DNA from: the human T2T-CHM13v2.0 reference genome, Homo sapiens
Strand: one strand, 5' to 3'
Length of the DNA: 64,000 nt
Assembly (NCBI RefSeq): GCF_009914755.1
Contig: NC_060935.1
Under the pieces are notes generated by a model. That model was not told the DNA's origin, did not search any database, and saw only the letters and a program-made list of their open reading frames with translations. Below, one piece after another: positions 1 through 21,513 of this stretch. Positions within the stretch are counted from its first letter, which is position 1; every line of letters starts with the position of its first letter. The translations under genes were made by a program, and so were the position numbers.

Positions 1-1019
1 CCCTCACTGTGAGGCAGGATATAGTTTCTTTTATTAACCCATGGGGCTTAGCCATTAAATCTTAGCCAAGGAGGTATCTGTCCCCTCCCTGGGGAGTTGT
101 TCTACAGTCTCGTTTATCTTTGCATTCTCAGCACCTAGCACAGTGCCTGGCAAAATGGCAGGTACTCCGTACAAATTTATTTTGAAGGAAAGAAGAGAGG
201 AAGGAAGGCAGACATTGCCTAAGAGAAGAGAAGGGATTAAGAGACAGCACCCTGTCATCCCTTGGCTCGGGGTTAAACTGTACTTTAACCCATATAGAGA
301 GATGAGGGGAGAAGCCCATGTCCCTCTGGGATCTTGAGGAACGCAGACACGTCCCTCCCTTTGTTACTTCCCATGTTTTTCAAGGTGCCGATCAATTTAG
401 TAGGTTATGACCATAATTTAAAATGAAATTGAAAATATGAAAGGGCATTATATGTAGTGAGGTAGGAATTGTTTTGTGAAAATTGCTTCGTGTGTGTTTA
501 TGTTTGTGTGTGTGTATTTGTACTGGGTTGATGTGTAAATTGTATATTTTACTATGAGTTGCAGTTAAAAATGTCAAAACAATGGACTTCTCCCATTCAG
601 CAGGACTAAATGGCAACTTCTATCTCTTCTCCTGTAAGGGAGTGAATTATAAATAGTGGGGTACAAGTAATCAAGGGATGAAGAATAAAGAGGGCACTTT
701 AAGCCGAAAAGAACAAGTCTGTTAGTCAACCCTTCGGGGATTGTGGTCAAGGGCTTTGTCTGGGTGGTGTTTTGTAGCCGTGCTTGTCCAAGGCTAGGAA
801 ATAAAATTACACTTGAGCAACTGGCTGCCGTGAAGTCTCCACACTATTGCCAATGCAGGAAACCCAGGAATTGTGCGAAGAGTTCAATTTTATATTTTTC
901 CTGTGTCTGTGGAGCTGGTTCATGTAAACGGGGTGCTGGTCATTGTGGTTAATTTTAGTAACAATATTGATATTAGCAGTACTGACATTGTTGTAGATTT
1001 GAGTTCTTTCCAGTTTTCG

Positions 1020-1170
1020 TAGGTCTTTTACATCTGTCTTCTCATTTAATTCTACAACAACCCTGGGCATAGTCAGCCAGGGCAGGATTACTTTAGAGGA
1101 AACAGGCTCGGAGAGGGTGGTCTGTGCTCATGCAGGCCCTGCTGTGTTTCCCAGTTCTCAGCTGGGTCCT
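1020..1170 (-). mobile_element. MIR fragment
   Basis: ctcatttaattctacaacaaccctg...gaggaaacaggctcggagagg resembles the reverse complement of the MIR core. Confidence 0.6.
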
Positions 1171-2020
1171 TGTGGCATTTGAGGGGGCCCAATGAATAAT
1201 ACCTCTTTCCATGCTGGAATTCAAAGCCTACTGAGAGACAGAAACACCAGTGAAGACAAAAATATCAGCTTAATTATGGACAAATGCTGAAATGGACCAG
1301 GATTATGACTACCAGGGTCTCTGAGAGACCCTCCTGCTCCACCACAATTCAGTCCCAGATAGGACCTAATCTTTGAGGCATCGCTGGTCTCACATAAAGA
1401 GAGGTCTTTAGGGATCCACCCTCTAAAACCAAACCAGCCAACCAATCAACCAACCAACAAATGTGAGCTGGTTCTAGAGTGGCTAGGGGCACCATTTGTG
1501 GCAGCTGGGATCTGGGATTTGATGGCTAAGAGTTGTGGAAGGAGCTCCCTTACTTCCTTCAGGGAGGGTGGGTGGCTGGGAGCAGGAAGCTGGATGGGGC
1601 AGAGAGAAGCCAGAGTGGTGGGAACTAGCCCGGATTAGCAGATATGGGGAAAGAGAGCCTGAGCCTGGGTTCTACAGCAGCATTGTTATGTGTTTACTCA
1701 CATGTGGAAAAGCTTTGAGGTGGAGATACTGAGCCTGCATCCATTTTATGAGCCAAACTCTCAGTGGGGATGGAGGTGGTCTTGATCAGAGGTGTCTTTA
1801 GCAAACCCTCTCTGGAAGAAAACATTCTGAAGTCAAAGGACCCTCCCAGGTTAAGATCAAACAGTTAACTCATGAGTAAAGATTACTAAACCCATAAGAA
1901 GCCACATCACTGTGCCCAAGGGTCGGCAGAAACAATGGACGGCGATGAACAGTAGATTCAAGGACTGCAGATGGTATTAAATATAGAACAGTTACATGGA
2001 AAATGCTTAAAGAGATTAAG

Positions 2021-2292
2021 ATACCACTTTTTTACTGTACCTTTTCTACATTTAGATATGTTTAGATGCACAAATACTTACCACTGTGTTGCAGTTGCCC
2101 ACAGTATTCAGTACAGTAACATGCGGTACAGGTTTCTAGCCTAGGAGCAATAGTTTATACAATACAGCCTAGGTTCATAGAAGGCTGTACCACCTGGGTT
2201 TGAGTGAGTACACTCTAGCATGGTCACACAATGACAAAATTCCCTAACAACACATTTCTCAAAACATATCCCTTTGTAAAGTGATGCATGAC
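2021..2292 (-). mobile_element. Tigger3a (MER7A)-like DNA transposon, partial
   Basis: tttttactgtaccttttctac...gcctaggagcaatag...gcatgact matches the reverse complement of the Tigger3a consensus and the copy at 21514. Confidence 0.8.
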
Positions 2293-2672
2293 TTAACAAA
2301 GCATGACGTATTTGGAAAAAAAGAAAACACTTCTAAATGTCTCATGCATCAAGAAGAAACATTATCATAAACTTAAAAGTACTTAAAACTGAACAATAAT
2401 GGAAATACTATATATAAAAACTTGTTGAATGCAGCAAAAAATGTTTTAAGGGAAATTTATAGTCTTAAATTTTTATATTAGAAAAAATGAACATTAGTAT
2501 TGTGTGTCCAATCAGAGTGGTTGGAAAAAGCAAAACAGAAAAGGCCCAAAGAAAGCAGAAGGAAAGACATGGTAAAAATATAAGCAGTAATCATAAAATA
2601 GAAAACCATGATACTATAGGACTCCAGAAGGCTAAAAATAGGTTTTTAAAAAGAGTAATAAATAGACAAACA

Positions 2673-2990
<318 letters not shown>

Positions 2991-3289
2991 CTAGGAGGAG
3001 GAAAGGGAGAAAAAAGAGAGAGAGGGAGACAGAGAGAACATTAACAGTATGAGTAAAGGGATGTAACTACAGATGTAACAATGTTTAAAAAAATATACTG
3101 CCAACAAATAATACCATCAATAAATGTGATATTGGAAAAAATGGAAAAATTCCTAGAAAATGTGTAACTTACTAAAACTGTGTCAAAATAAAATAAAAAT
3201 TTGGAATTTCCCTATAACATTAAAACATCAGTTCCATATGTTTTTACAAGAGAGTTCTACTACACGTAAACCAAAAAAAAAATTAATTG

Positions 3290-3986
3290 CATTTTATTTT
3301 AAGTTCCGGGATACATGTGCAGGATGTGCAGGTTTGTTACATAGGTAAACGTGTGCCATGGTGGTTTGCTGCACCCATCAACCCATCGCCTAGGTATTAA
3401 GCCCCATACACATTAGCTAATTATCCTGATGCTCTGCCTCCTCCTGCACCCCCAACAGGCCTCAGTGTGAGTTGCCCTCTCTGTGTCCATGGGTTCTCAT
3501 TGTTCAGCTCCCACTTACAAGTGAGAACATACGGTGTTTGTTTTTCTGCTCCTGCATTAGTTTGCTGAGGATAATGGCTTCCAGTTCCATCTGTGTCCCT
3601 GCAAAGGACATGATCTCACCCCTTTTTATGGGTACATAGTATTTCATGTGTATATGTACCACATTTCCTTTATCCAGTCTATCACTGATGGGCATTTGGG
3701 TTGATTCCATGTCTTTGCTATTGTGAGTAGTGCTGCAGTGAACATATGCGTGGATGTATTTTTAAAAGAATGATTTATATTCCTTTGGGTATATACCGTA
3801 ATGGGATTGCTGGGTCAAATGGTATTTCTCTGTCTGTAGGTCTTTCAGGAATTGCCACACTGTCTTCCACAATGGTTGAACTAATTTACATTCCCACCAA
3901 CAGTATAAAAGCGTTTCTATTTCTCCACAGCCTCGCCAGCATCTGTTGCTTCTTGACTTTTTAATAATCACCATTCTGACTGGCAT
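3290..3986 (-). mobile_element. L1PA 3' end (5'-truncated)
   Basis: gatacatgtgcaggatgtgcaggtttgttacataggtaaac L1PA 3'UTR; ORFs 3762-3986 ([29 protein letters not shown]) and 3504-3710 are the ORF2 C-terminus. Confidence 0.93.
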
Positions 3987-4513
3987 ATCCCACTTTTAAG
4001 GAAAAGGTTATAATTGCAATTTTATGCAACTCATCCAGATAGTAGAAAAAGAAGGCACATTCCCCACTTCATTCTATGAAGCTAGCATAACATGACACAA
4101 AAACCAGATAAGGACAGATGGTGTGAAATTTATACACCCATCTAAATAATAAACATACATGCAAAATTCTAAACCAAATGTTAGCAAATTGAGTAAAATA
4201 GTAATAAAAAGATAAAATTCTACAACCAAGATGTTATTTAAACAAATAAAGGAGAAAACGTTTTGATCTTCTCTACAGAGAAAAGCATTTCATAAAATTA
4301 AATACCCATTGATAAAAACTCAGTAAATAGAAATAGACTAGAATTTCTAAACCTGGAAAGAAGGATTGAGAAAAACCCTACTGATCTTTATTCCAAGTGG
4401 GAAAATGGGAGAAGCATTCCCTATAAAATTATAAAGACAAGGATACCTACTGCTACACTCCTTCCCCACATTATGTTAGACATTCTTTCTAGCACATTAT
4501 ATGCACGCGCATG

Positions 4514-4517
<4 letters not shown>

Positions 4518-4554
<37 letters not shown>
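4518..4554. repeat. (CA)n microsatellite
   Basis: About 18 uninterrupted CA units. Confidence 0.95.
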
Positions 4555-4556
<2 letters not shown>

Positions 4557-5124
4557 TCAGAAAGGAGGAAACAAAATTGTTGTTACTTCTAAGTGATATA
4601 GTTCCTATACAGGAAATCCAAAAGAATATACATGATAAATTACTTGAAATAACAGAAAATTTAGCAAGAATTTAAGATATAAAATCAATAATATACACAA
4701 GTCAACTGTGGGTCTAGATCCTAGGAACAAACAGGAAAAACAGTTAATCAATTAAAAAAGTATATTAACAACAACAAAAATCTTAAACTACGTAAGAATA
4801 GATCTCATGAAAGATATGTATGATCTGTAAGCTATGATTCCATTTATATGACATTTTGTTAAAGACCATGGTATAGGAACAGAGGACAAATATCGATCTC
4901 CTGGTATTTGGCAGGGCTGGAGTGGAGAAGGCTGACTGCACAGGGGCCTGCGATGAAGGTTTTGGGGTGATGGAAACGCTCAGCCTTGATTGCAGTGGTA
5001 GTCACATGACTGCATATATTTTCAGAATTTATAGAATGTTATACCTAAAGGGTTAATGTAAATTATGCCTCAATTAACCTGACTTAAAAAAATAAGATTA
5101 TTTTGTTTGTTAAATGACAAAGTA

Positions 5125-5413
<289 letters not shown>

Positions 5414-6052
5414 GACAAAATAATACACCCACGTTGATAGCAGCATCATTTACAATAGCTGGAGGTGGAAACAGCCCAAATGTCTGTCAACAGATGTAGT
5501 ATATACATATAATGGAGTATTATTCAGCCTTATAAAGGAAGGGAATTCTGATATATGCTACAACAAGGATGAACCTTGAGGGAAATATACTAAGTGAAAT
5601 GAGCTAGTTGCAAAAGGATAAATATTGTATGATTCCACTTATATGTGGTTCCTAGAGTAGTCAAATTCATAGAGACAGAAAGTAGAATGGTGGTTTCCAG
5701 GGGGATTGTGGGGAGAATGGGGAGTTAATGTGTAATTGACATGGAGTTTCTGTTTGGGAAGATGAAAAATTTCTGGAGATACATGGCGGTGATGGTCGCA
5801 CAATAATATGAATGTATTTAATGTCACTGAAAATGGTTAAAATGACAAATTTTATAAAATTAAAAAAATTTAAAAATTAATTAAAAAAATAAAAATGTAA
5901 AAATCACACACAAAAAAGACAAGGCAAACCTAGACCAGGAGAAGGAGGCCATAATATATAAACTCAGCAAATGACTCATATCCAGAGTATATAAAGAACT
6001 CCCACAAATCAATAAGAAAAAGCCAAACAAACCAACTTAAAAATGGACCAAA

Positions 6053-6319
6053 TGGCTCATGTCTGTAATCCCAGCACTTTGGGAGGCCGAGGCAGGCGGA
6101 TCACGAGGTCAGGAGATTGAGACCATCCTGGCTAACACGGTGAAACCATGTCTCTACTAAAAATACAAAAAATTAGCTGGGCATGGTGGCGGGCGCCTGT
6201 AGTCCCAGCTACTCGGGAGGCTGAGGCAGGAGAATGGCGTGAACCCCGGGGGGTGGAGCCTGCAGTGAGCCGAAATTGCACCACTGCACTCCAGCCTGGG
6301 CGACAGCAAGACTACGTCT

Positions 6320-6352
<33 letters not shown>
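6053..6352 (+). mobile_element. AluY
   Basis: gaccatcctggctaacacggtg and gagaatggcgtgaaccc AluY diagnostics; 32-nt A-tail. Confidence 0.95.
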
Positions 6353-6356
<4 letters not shown>

Positions 6357-6479
6357 GGCCAATGGGCCAGAGAAGAATGTTCGCTCTGGCTTGTGGGTGT
6401 GACTCCCTTCAGGCCACACAGGAAGAAATTGAGAACCAAGAGCAGTCGTTGGCTCAGTCCCCACTTCCCCCTTAGCTGA

Positions 6480-6770
6480 GGCCTGTGTGCTGGTGGATCT
6501 GTTTGATGGGGGTCCAGGTGTTTGAAAAACAACTCAGGGACATATGTTAAGATGTTATCTTTAGTTTCTATAGGGAAGCAAACATCTGACCCTAACTTTC
6601 TTGGCTGTTGTTTTTAGTTACTATTACCTTCTTGCTTATCAAGTTGTTTATTTACATCTCAGGACTAGCTAGGTCCCTGAAGTTTCTCTTGAAGGAATTC
6701 AAGATTTTCCTTTATTTTCATGCTTGGGGGGCCTGCAGTTCCCTAAAAAAGGGGTCCTTGCTCCGTCTCA
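6480..6770 (-). mobile_element. ERV1-type LTR fragment (family uncertain)
   Basis: Ends ...ggggtccttgctccgtctca (TG start on the minus strand); body resembles MER4-group LTRs. Confidence 0.6.
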
Positions 6771-8335
6771 AGTGTAATAATATCTAAAGTACAGGGTCAT
6801 TGGAAGATTAAATGGCATGGCATATGAGAAAGCTTTTGGCACAGTGCCTGGCATCTGGTGACCATCAATAAAATAATGTCCCTTGCATTCCCTAGCTATA
6901 TGACTGGCAGCCAGTAGGCAGAGAGAGGGGTTGGGTGAGGGTCTCTGGGCAGGAGCTGGTAGGAGGTTGTCTCTCCAGGCCTGGACAAAGGGAATGCGGG
7001 TGGATGGAGGGCTGCAGCACTGTGGGGAGGGTCACTGGCACATCAGGCAAATAAATGGATGTGGAAGCCTGGGGCACCCTCTGCATCTGAAAGGAGAGGG
7101 GAGCAGGGGGTGGATTTGAGGTCGTCCTGGGAGGTGATGACATGAGAAGTGGGTCTAGGACAAAATTCTGGAGAACAACATATTTGAGGAGCTGGCTGAA
7201 GAGAAGTCAGAAAAGGAATACAGGGAGAAGCAGGAGAGGCCACATCATGCAAGCCGAGGGCATGGCTGTGGCTGGCACCGGGCACTGCGGAGCAGTCGGC
7301 AGGAAGCTTGTGTCACTGGACCAGGCTCCAAAGGTCATGGCAGTCTTTGTGGTGCGGCTGGAAAAGCAAGGCCCAGAGGGCACTGGACAGACTGTTGAGA
7401 AGATTCAAGGTCATGGGAGGAGGACTTAAAAAATGAAGTGCTGTGTGCAGGTTCTACGCCATGGGGAAGGAGCCATTGGCTGAGAGTGGCTTTGAGGTGG
7501 GGAGAGGGAGAGGAGGGAGGCAAGAGGCAAAGGCTGAAGGTTTCGTGGGCGGGTCAGGCAGGGAGTTAGTCGGGGCTGCCTGGAGGGTCCCAGTTGTCTC
7601 TGAAGGAGGAAAGACTTGAGCTGGAGCTTGACGGAGGGAAAGCATCAAACAGACAGGCCAAAGGACATCCTGGATTAGGATGAGGAGGAAAAGGAGGGAC
7701 GAGGTGTGGAGGTGGAAAATTGGCTAGAAAGGGAGGGGATGAATTGCAGAGAGATGGCCTGACAGCGCAGGATGAGCACGGTAGCGAGTGATGGAGAATA
7801 GCGTGTCGCTGGCCAGGTCTGGTCACTCCCGAAGGGCTGGGGCCTTGCAGGCCAGGAGGTGGCTCTGTGGGCCGGAGAGCCCTCCCAGCGCACTCAGGTG
7901 GGGTGGCTGCCACAGGAGATGGGCGGGGCCCCTTCTTACAGACAGAAGGCAGGGTCCGAGTTGTTCAAATGGGCCCTGATAGTTTGCTTTTCTGCCTTCT
8001 CTCTCCTTCTGGATTTGTGGTTTGTTTGTTTTGGTTTCCCCCCCACCACTTTCCCCTGCACCCCACAGTCTCTGGAGACTGAGGCAGGGTCTCCATGTTG
8101 CAGTTATATCTCGTGTATTTAATTTGGCCCCCTTAATAAACAGAGGGTGGGGCAGAGGCTGTGAGAGAAGGACAGAATTAAAACCACATCCTGGAGTAAT
8201 GAGATCTCCGTTTGGCCTCCTTCCCTTCTTTTCCCACTCCCAGGCTCTGCTCCTCTACCCTCCTTTCTTGGAGAGAAACACAGCTCTGCTTGCCTAATGG
8301 AAGTCAGTGGGAAAATTCTGTTCACATTCCATATA

Positions 8336-8685
8336 TAGTCGTCACTCAGTATGTGTGGGGGATTAGCTCCAGTACCCCTTGCAGATACCAAAATCCACAG
8401 ATGTTCAAGTTCCTGATATAAAACGGTGTCGTGTTTGCATGCAACCTCCTGTATACCTTACATCACACATCCTCCTGTATACTTTAAATAATCTCTAGAT
8501 TACTTAGAATACCTAATACAATATGAATGCTATGGAAATAATTGTTATACTGTATTGTTTACAGAATAATGACAAGGAAAAAAGTCTGTACATGTTCAGT
8601 ACAGATGCAATTTTTTCCCAAATATTTTCAATCCTTGGTTGGTTGAATCTATGGACACAGAATCCACGGATATGGGGGCTGACTG
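8336..8685 (+). mobile_element. MER2 (TcMar-Tigger) DNA transposon
   Basis: Termini tagtcgtcactcagtat...ggatatgggggctgactg with flanking TA; internal gataccaaaatccacagatg. Confidence 0.85.
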
Positions 8686-9593
8686 TATAACCTTGTTGGC
8701 ATAAACCCATTCCACGGTGAGAGAACTTTGAGGAGTGGAATCTGTGTATGAATATATTTATAATCATGTTTGGATGACTGCAGGCTTGCTCTTGGGCAGA
8801 GCAGAGTTGGGCTGTAAAAAAGGATGGGAAGATTTTTCCCATCAATGGAAAACTCCCTGTTTGCCCCGACCCTTAGAGAAGGGAATGGAAGAAAACTCTG
8901 AGTGATGTGGCCTTTGGGAGACCTCATGGTAGGGAAAAGCCAGAGAGCAGATCTGAGCTGTAGGGAGATGATCTGTACAGGAACTGACTCGTAATAAAAT
9001 CAAATCTCAATTCTCCAGGCTTAGCATTTACGACTCAAGATTGGATTCTGAAGTCTCATTTGTCTTCCGGGATTCTGCTCCCCTTGGCTCTCTGATACAG
9101 GGCTCTATGGCCACTCCCTGCTGGCTTTAGGTGGCTGGCCCAGCCCAGGTTTCACCTGGGATCATTGCCTCAATTTCCCTAAATACAGCTGAGTCAAGAT
9201 TGGGGTACTTAACACAATATTGTTCAAGGTTCAGGAATGACAAAGGGGAAATAAACATAGGAAGTAACATGAAACCAGCCCAGGTGCCAGGGGCAAGGAC
9301 AGCTGCTTCTTGTTCCCCCTCCTGCCCAGGGCTCTCTCCCTGGCTCTGGCCCATCACAGAGACCACCTTCTTCCACCTCTCTTGTCCCTGGGACATAGCT
9401 TTGCCTTGGGGGCCCCAGAGAACAATTTCCTCAGACAACATCAAATAAGCCTGTAGAAGGGAGAAACACAGACAGTGACACAAGCTTGGCTGGCCACTGC
9501 AATCCTTCTTTAGCTGTTTTCCACTCCCCAGCTTCAGTGGCACCAGAGGGTCATGAGGCCATTTGTTAGGACAAGGCATTGTTTGCATCTTGA

Positions 9594-16968
<7,375 letters not shown>

Positions 16969-18616
16969 TGACATATTTTAAAAAGTTTCCTGGCAGGTCC
17001 TTGGTTAAGGCTTCCTTCCGGGAGTTGCTCTTTCCATAAATCATGGTAAGGAGGTTGTGCCCTCAGAAGCTGAGCCCACCCCGGCCCTCCTGGGCATGTG
17101 GAGAGCAAAGCCTCCTCTGCTGAGGAGTGAAGCCAGTTCCCTCAGGGCTGAGGGAGGACTGGAGAGATGCATGTTTTAGAGCAAGGGCGTAGTCTGTCCC
17201 TTTGGGCTTCTCAGAAGGCCATGATCACAGTGGCTGTTTTCTGGCCCCTGGGTCTCCCCTTGAGCTGAGGAGGAGATATGTCCACCTGGTTAGGCTTGGA
17301 GATTCATGGCTTGGTCCTTGGATTTTTGAGGGTCTTATTTATTTTCTCAGGCCAAGTTCCCACCTGGTGGGAAGCACTGTGCAGGTTCGTGGGGATGCAG
17401 CCCTGCACAGCCCAGACTGGACTCCTTCCCCATGGAACTCACAACACACGGGAGAGGCAGAGAGATCCAAGCGCACAGAAAAACACAAGAAGATTCAGCC
17501 CTGTCATCTTGTGCAAAGTGAGTTCCACATAATTCAATTATAAAATGAGAGATTGTGTTTCTGTGAGCTTCATAAAAATGAATTATTTCTCTGTCACAAA
17601 AAGTAAAGACAGTACAAACGACACTGTGCATCATAGTCCTTACACTGAATTGAGAACATCTCAAATGGTCCTGAGGCCACCAGTTTCTGGACACCGCATC
17701 TCCTCTCCGAAGACATGAGCTAGGGCTTTGCGTCATCTAGACCAGGACTGGATGCTGGCTATGGGAACAGCATGTGCAAAGGCCTGGAGCCCCATCTGTG
17801 TCTAGCCTGATGGGTGCCAGATGAGGATGCCAGGACCACGAGCATCTCCTGGGCAAGGCTGCTCTTCCTGGGTAGCCCCAGCACCCAGCCTGGTGTCAAC
17901 ACACAATAGGGCTCACAGGTATTTCCAGACTGATGGAAGCTCTAAGGGGAGGTGCTCAGGGCCCAGGAGGCAGGGTTGGCCTGGGAAACATCACTGCACT
18001 CCTTCCTGGCAGCATCTTCCTTTGTGCCTTGGCAGATGTTCCAGGAAAGCTGGCCCACGCCCTTCCCGCAAGCCTTAAGACGGCTGCCTTTTGCCTGCAT
18101 TTAAATGCAGTGTACCAAATGTCAGTTGGCCACTGACTCATAAGCTTTCTGAGGCCACACATGCCTTTGAAATGCTTCAGAGAGCACTTCTTACAGAAAA
18201 TCCATATACTGCACCCACCCAATTAGATATGGAGTGTTCTGGGGTCCTCTCCGCTGGCCTGCCTGCGAGGCGGCCCATTTGTAGAGCTCAGAGACCCCGG
18301 CTCCCACCCCGCCTGGCCCCTCTCCCTCCAGACTCTCTGATGCCTGCAGCGTCAGGTGTCCCAGCCTCCCCTGGGAGATCTCCTGACCAGGCTCTGCCTC
18401 TCTCCTGTGCCCACAGCTGGGCCGGGGACAGCCTGTTCCCAGCAGACAGACCAGCCCCACTTGGTAACTCAGACTCCTAGACCCCAAACCTGAGGGGCTG
18501 CTGTGATGGCCCCCCCAATAGCTCTCCCTGTCCCTCCCTGGCTCTTCCTCCTCTGAGAGGCCTGGGAAGGTTCAGAGGCTCCAGATGCTGGAACACCCGT
18601 TTCCCTGCAGAGGCTC

Positions 18617-18746
18617 AGCCAGCCTCGCTCTTCCCTTCTCTGTGATCCCTGTGGTCCCACCCAGCTTGCTGGCTTCTAGTGAGCCAGCCCCGCTCTCCCC
18701 TTCTCTGTAATCCCTGTTGTCCCACCCAGCTTGCTGGCTTCTAATG
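18617..18746. repeat. Tandem duplication, 2 x 65 bp
   Basis: agccagcc(t/c)cgctct...gtcccacccagcttgctggcttcta starts at 18617 and 18682. Confidence 0.9.
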
Positions 18747-19105
18747 TCACGAATGCCTCTGCTTTCACTCCATCTCCCACCTTTGCTTTCTAGTCTGCAC
18801 TGATCATGACATTTCCACCATCTCTTGCTAGAACCCTGGACTCCCTTACCCCTCTGCCTTGCTCCTGCCCGGTGAACCCCTAGCCCTAGATGGCCCCAAG
18901 ACAGTGTCCTCCCCAGCAACAAGTCTAGCTGTTCTCCCTGCACTTCCCTCCCCGTCCGCTGTGCTCCCATGTCCCCTTTCCTCCCTCACTCCCAGGCTGT
19001 CTTCCATTTCCCAGGGACTAAGGGAGGTGAGAGGGACAGTGGCACTCTGAAAAAAGATCAGAGGCAGCAGGGGGCCGGGGGAGGAAGAGACTCTGAAAGT
19101 GAGCA

Positions 19106-19385
19106 GTACTCAGCCATACCCAGCAGGACTCAGGGTACTCAGTTGTATTCAGCAGGACTCAGGGTGCCCAGCACACCCAGCAGGTCTCAGGGTTCTCGGC
19201 TGTACCCAGCAGGTCTCAGGGTTCTCGGCTGTACCCAGCAGGTCTCGGGGTTCTCGGCTGTACCAAGCAGGTCTCAAGGTTCTCGGCTGTACCAAGCTGG
19301 TCTCAGGGTTCTTGGCTGTACCCGGCAGGTCTCAGGGTGCCCGGGTGTACCCGGCAGGACTCAGGGCACCCAGCCATACCCGGCG
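19106..19385. repeat. 29-bp minisatellite, about 9.5 copies (CAGCAGGTCTCAGGGTTCTCGGCTGTACC)
   Basis: Units start at 19121, 19150, 19178, 19207, 19236, 19265, 19294, 19323 and 19352. Confidence 0.95.
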
Positions 19386-19444
19386 GTACTTTAGAAATAC
19401 TCAGTAGTACTTAGGGTGCTCTAGTGTGGACTTTGTCCCTCCAG

Positions 19445-20223
19445 TGCCTTGGGCTGAATTGGGTCCTCACAAAATTCACATATTGAAGTCCCAACCCCTA
19501 GCCAGGACATCAGAATATGATTGTACAGTTAACCCTTGAACAACAAGGGGTCAAGGGCACCGACCCCCTCGTAGCCAAGACTCACATATGACTTTTGACT
19601 CCCCCCAAACTTAACTACAAATAGCCTACTGTCGCCTGGAAGCCTTACCAATGACAAACAGTTGAACACATATTATGTATGGTATATGTATTATGTACTG
19701 TATTCCTACAACAAAGTAAGCTAAAGAAAATGTTATTAAAAGAAACAAAAGGAAGAGAAAATCTATGTATTAGTCATTAAGTGGAAGTAGATCCTCATCA
19801 AGGTCTCCATCCTCCCTGTCTTCATGCTGAGTAGGCTGTGGAGGGGGTGGTGGGGGTGGGTCTTGCTGTCTCAGAGGCAGAAGAAAATCCGCATGTAAGT
19901 GGACTCACAAAGTTCAAACACATGTTGTTTCATAATCGCCTGTATTTGCAGACAGGGCCTTTACCGAGGTAATTAGGTTACCATGAGGTCATATGGGTGG
20001 GCCTTAATCCAATATGACCAGTGTTCTTATGAGAAGAGGAAACGAGGGCATAGATTTGCACAGAGGAAAGTCTGGGTGAAGGCGCAGGGGAAGGCGCTTC
20101 TGCAAGGCAAGGAGAGAGGCCTCAGAAGAAACCAGTCGCGAGGATGCCTTGATGTCAGACTTAACTTCCAGCCTCCAGAACTGTGAGGACATTTTTGCTG
20201 AGGCCTCCCAGTCAGTGGTGCTG
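19445..20223 (+). mobile_element. MLT1B-like MaLR LTR split by Tigger2a
   Basis: gggctgaattgggtcctc...aaaattcacatattgaagtcc before the insert; gggccttaatccaatatgac...ttccagcctccagaactgtgag after it. Confidence 0.8.
19526..19942 (-). mobile_element. Tigger2a DNA transposon
   Basis: cagttaacccttgaacaaca terminus, degenerate inverted terminus at the other end, TA on both sides. Confidence 0.85.
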
Positions 20224-20666
20224 TGAGCTGGAAGAAACCTTGGAGGTCATCTCATGATCCATCCACTTCTGTTTACTGATGGGCAGATGAGGCCAAGAGC
20301 AGGAGTGCAGGGCCACAAAACGAGTCAAAGACAGCGCTCCCAGGCCAAGGATGGCTTCTTAGCCTGGCAGATGCCAGGACTGAGGTGCTGGAACAAGAGA
20401 AGCTGGGGGAGAGACAGGTGGGGTGCAGGTGGGAGGAGGGGGCACCCTGTCCTGGGGCAGGGCAGGTACAGTGTGCTCAGGGGAGGAGGAATCTGAGGGA
20501 GCGCAGTTCGAGCTGCCCACGTGTGCGTGTGTGCGTGTGCGCGTGCACAAGTGCGTGCTGGTGGTGTCGGGAGGGAAGGCAGGGAACAAGCGTTGTCTCT
20601 GCCTCCAGGAAGATGTGGTTGGCGGGGGTGGAAAGTGGCCTCTGGAGGTTTGACCAAGTTGCCTCC

Positions 20667-20990
20667 GGTGGCTCGTGTCTGTAATCCCAGCACTTTGGGA
20701 GGCCGAGGTGGGAGGATTGCTTGAGCCCAGGAGTTCAAGACCAGACTGAGCAATATAATGAGACCCTGCCTCTACAAAAAAATTAAAAATTAGCCAAGTG
20801 TTGTGGCACACGCCTGTGGTCTCAACTACCCGGAAGGCTGAGGTGGGAGGATTGCTTGAACTTTGGAAGTGGAAGGAGGTTGCAGTGAGCCGAGATGGCG
20901 CCACTGCATTCCAGCCTGGGTGACGAGCCTGTACTTCAGCCTGCACTCCAGCCTGGGCAAGACCCGACCCCCCACCCCTGCCAAAAAAAA
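20667..20990 (+). mobile_element. AluJ with a 3' internal micro-duplication
   Basis: gaggattgcttgagcccaggagttcaagacc; ctgca(c/t)tccagcc-like motif present three times near the 3' end. Confidence 0.9.
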
Positions 20991-21513
20991 GACTACTCTG
21001 GCTGCAGTGTGGAGGGCACCAGTAAAAACAGAGCAGCACCACTCTCAGCCTCATCTCATCTCCCTGAGCCACACTTCACATGGAGGCGAAGGGTGATGGC
21101 AGCATGGCTCAGGGAGGTGAGATGGCGCTGAGTGGTGCTAGGATCCGAGATCCAGGGTGAGGGCAGAGTGAGCAGGAGGGGGAGGCTGATTGAATTGGGT
21201 GCAGTGGAGGCTGGTGAGGGCCACTGACAGCAGGTGGATGGACTAGTCTGGAACCCAGAAGAAAGATCTGGGCAAGGACTTAATTTGAGAATTAAGGCTA
21301 GGTTATAGGAGCAGATGTGGCTAAGGGAATACATGCAGAGGAAAAAGAGAAGAGGCCTGAAATGGAACCCCTAGAAACACCTACATTTATAGGATAGCCT
21401 TTAGAGAAGGAGCCTCTCTGAGTTTTCTCATCTGTAAAGTGGGTATAACTATGCAGGCCGTTGTAAGGATTAGAGAAGCTGATGTATATAGTGTTGGTGC
21501 TCCATTGATGGGA

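Noticed and set aside
390-590. Probable old hAT-type DNA transposon fragment
   Set aside because: Resemblance only; family and ends could not be fixed.
7849-7867. Second CTCF-like motif AGGCCAGGAGGTGGCTCTG
   Set aside because: More mismatches than the 29070 site and less CpG support; expected by chance.
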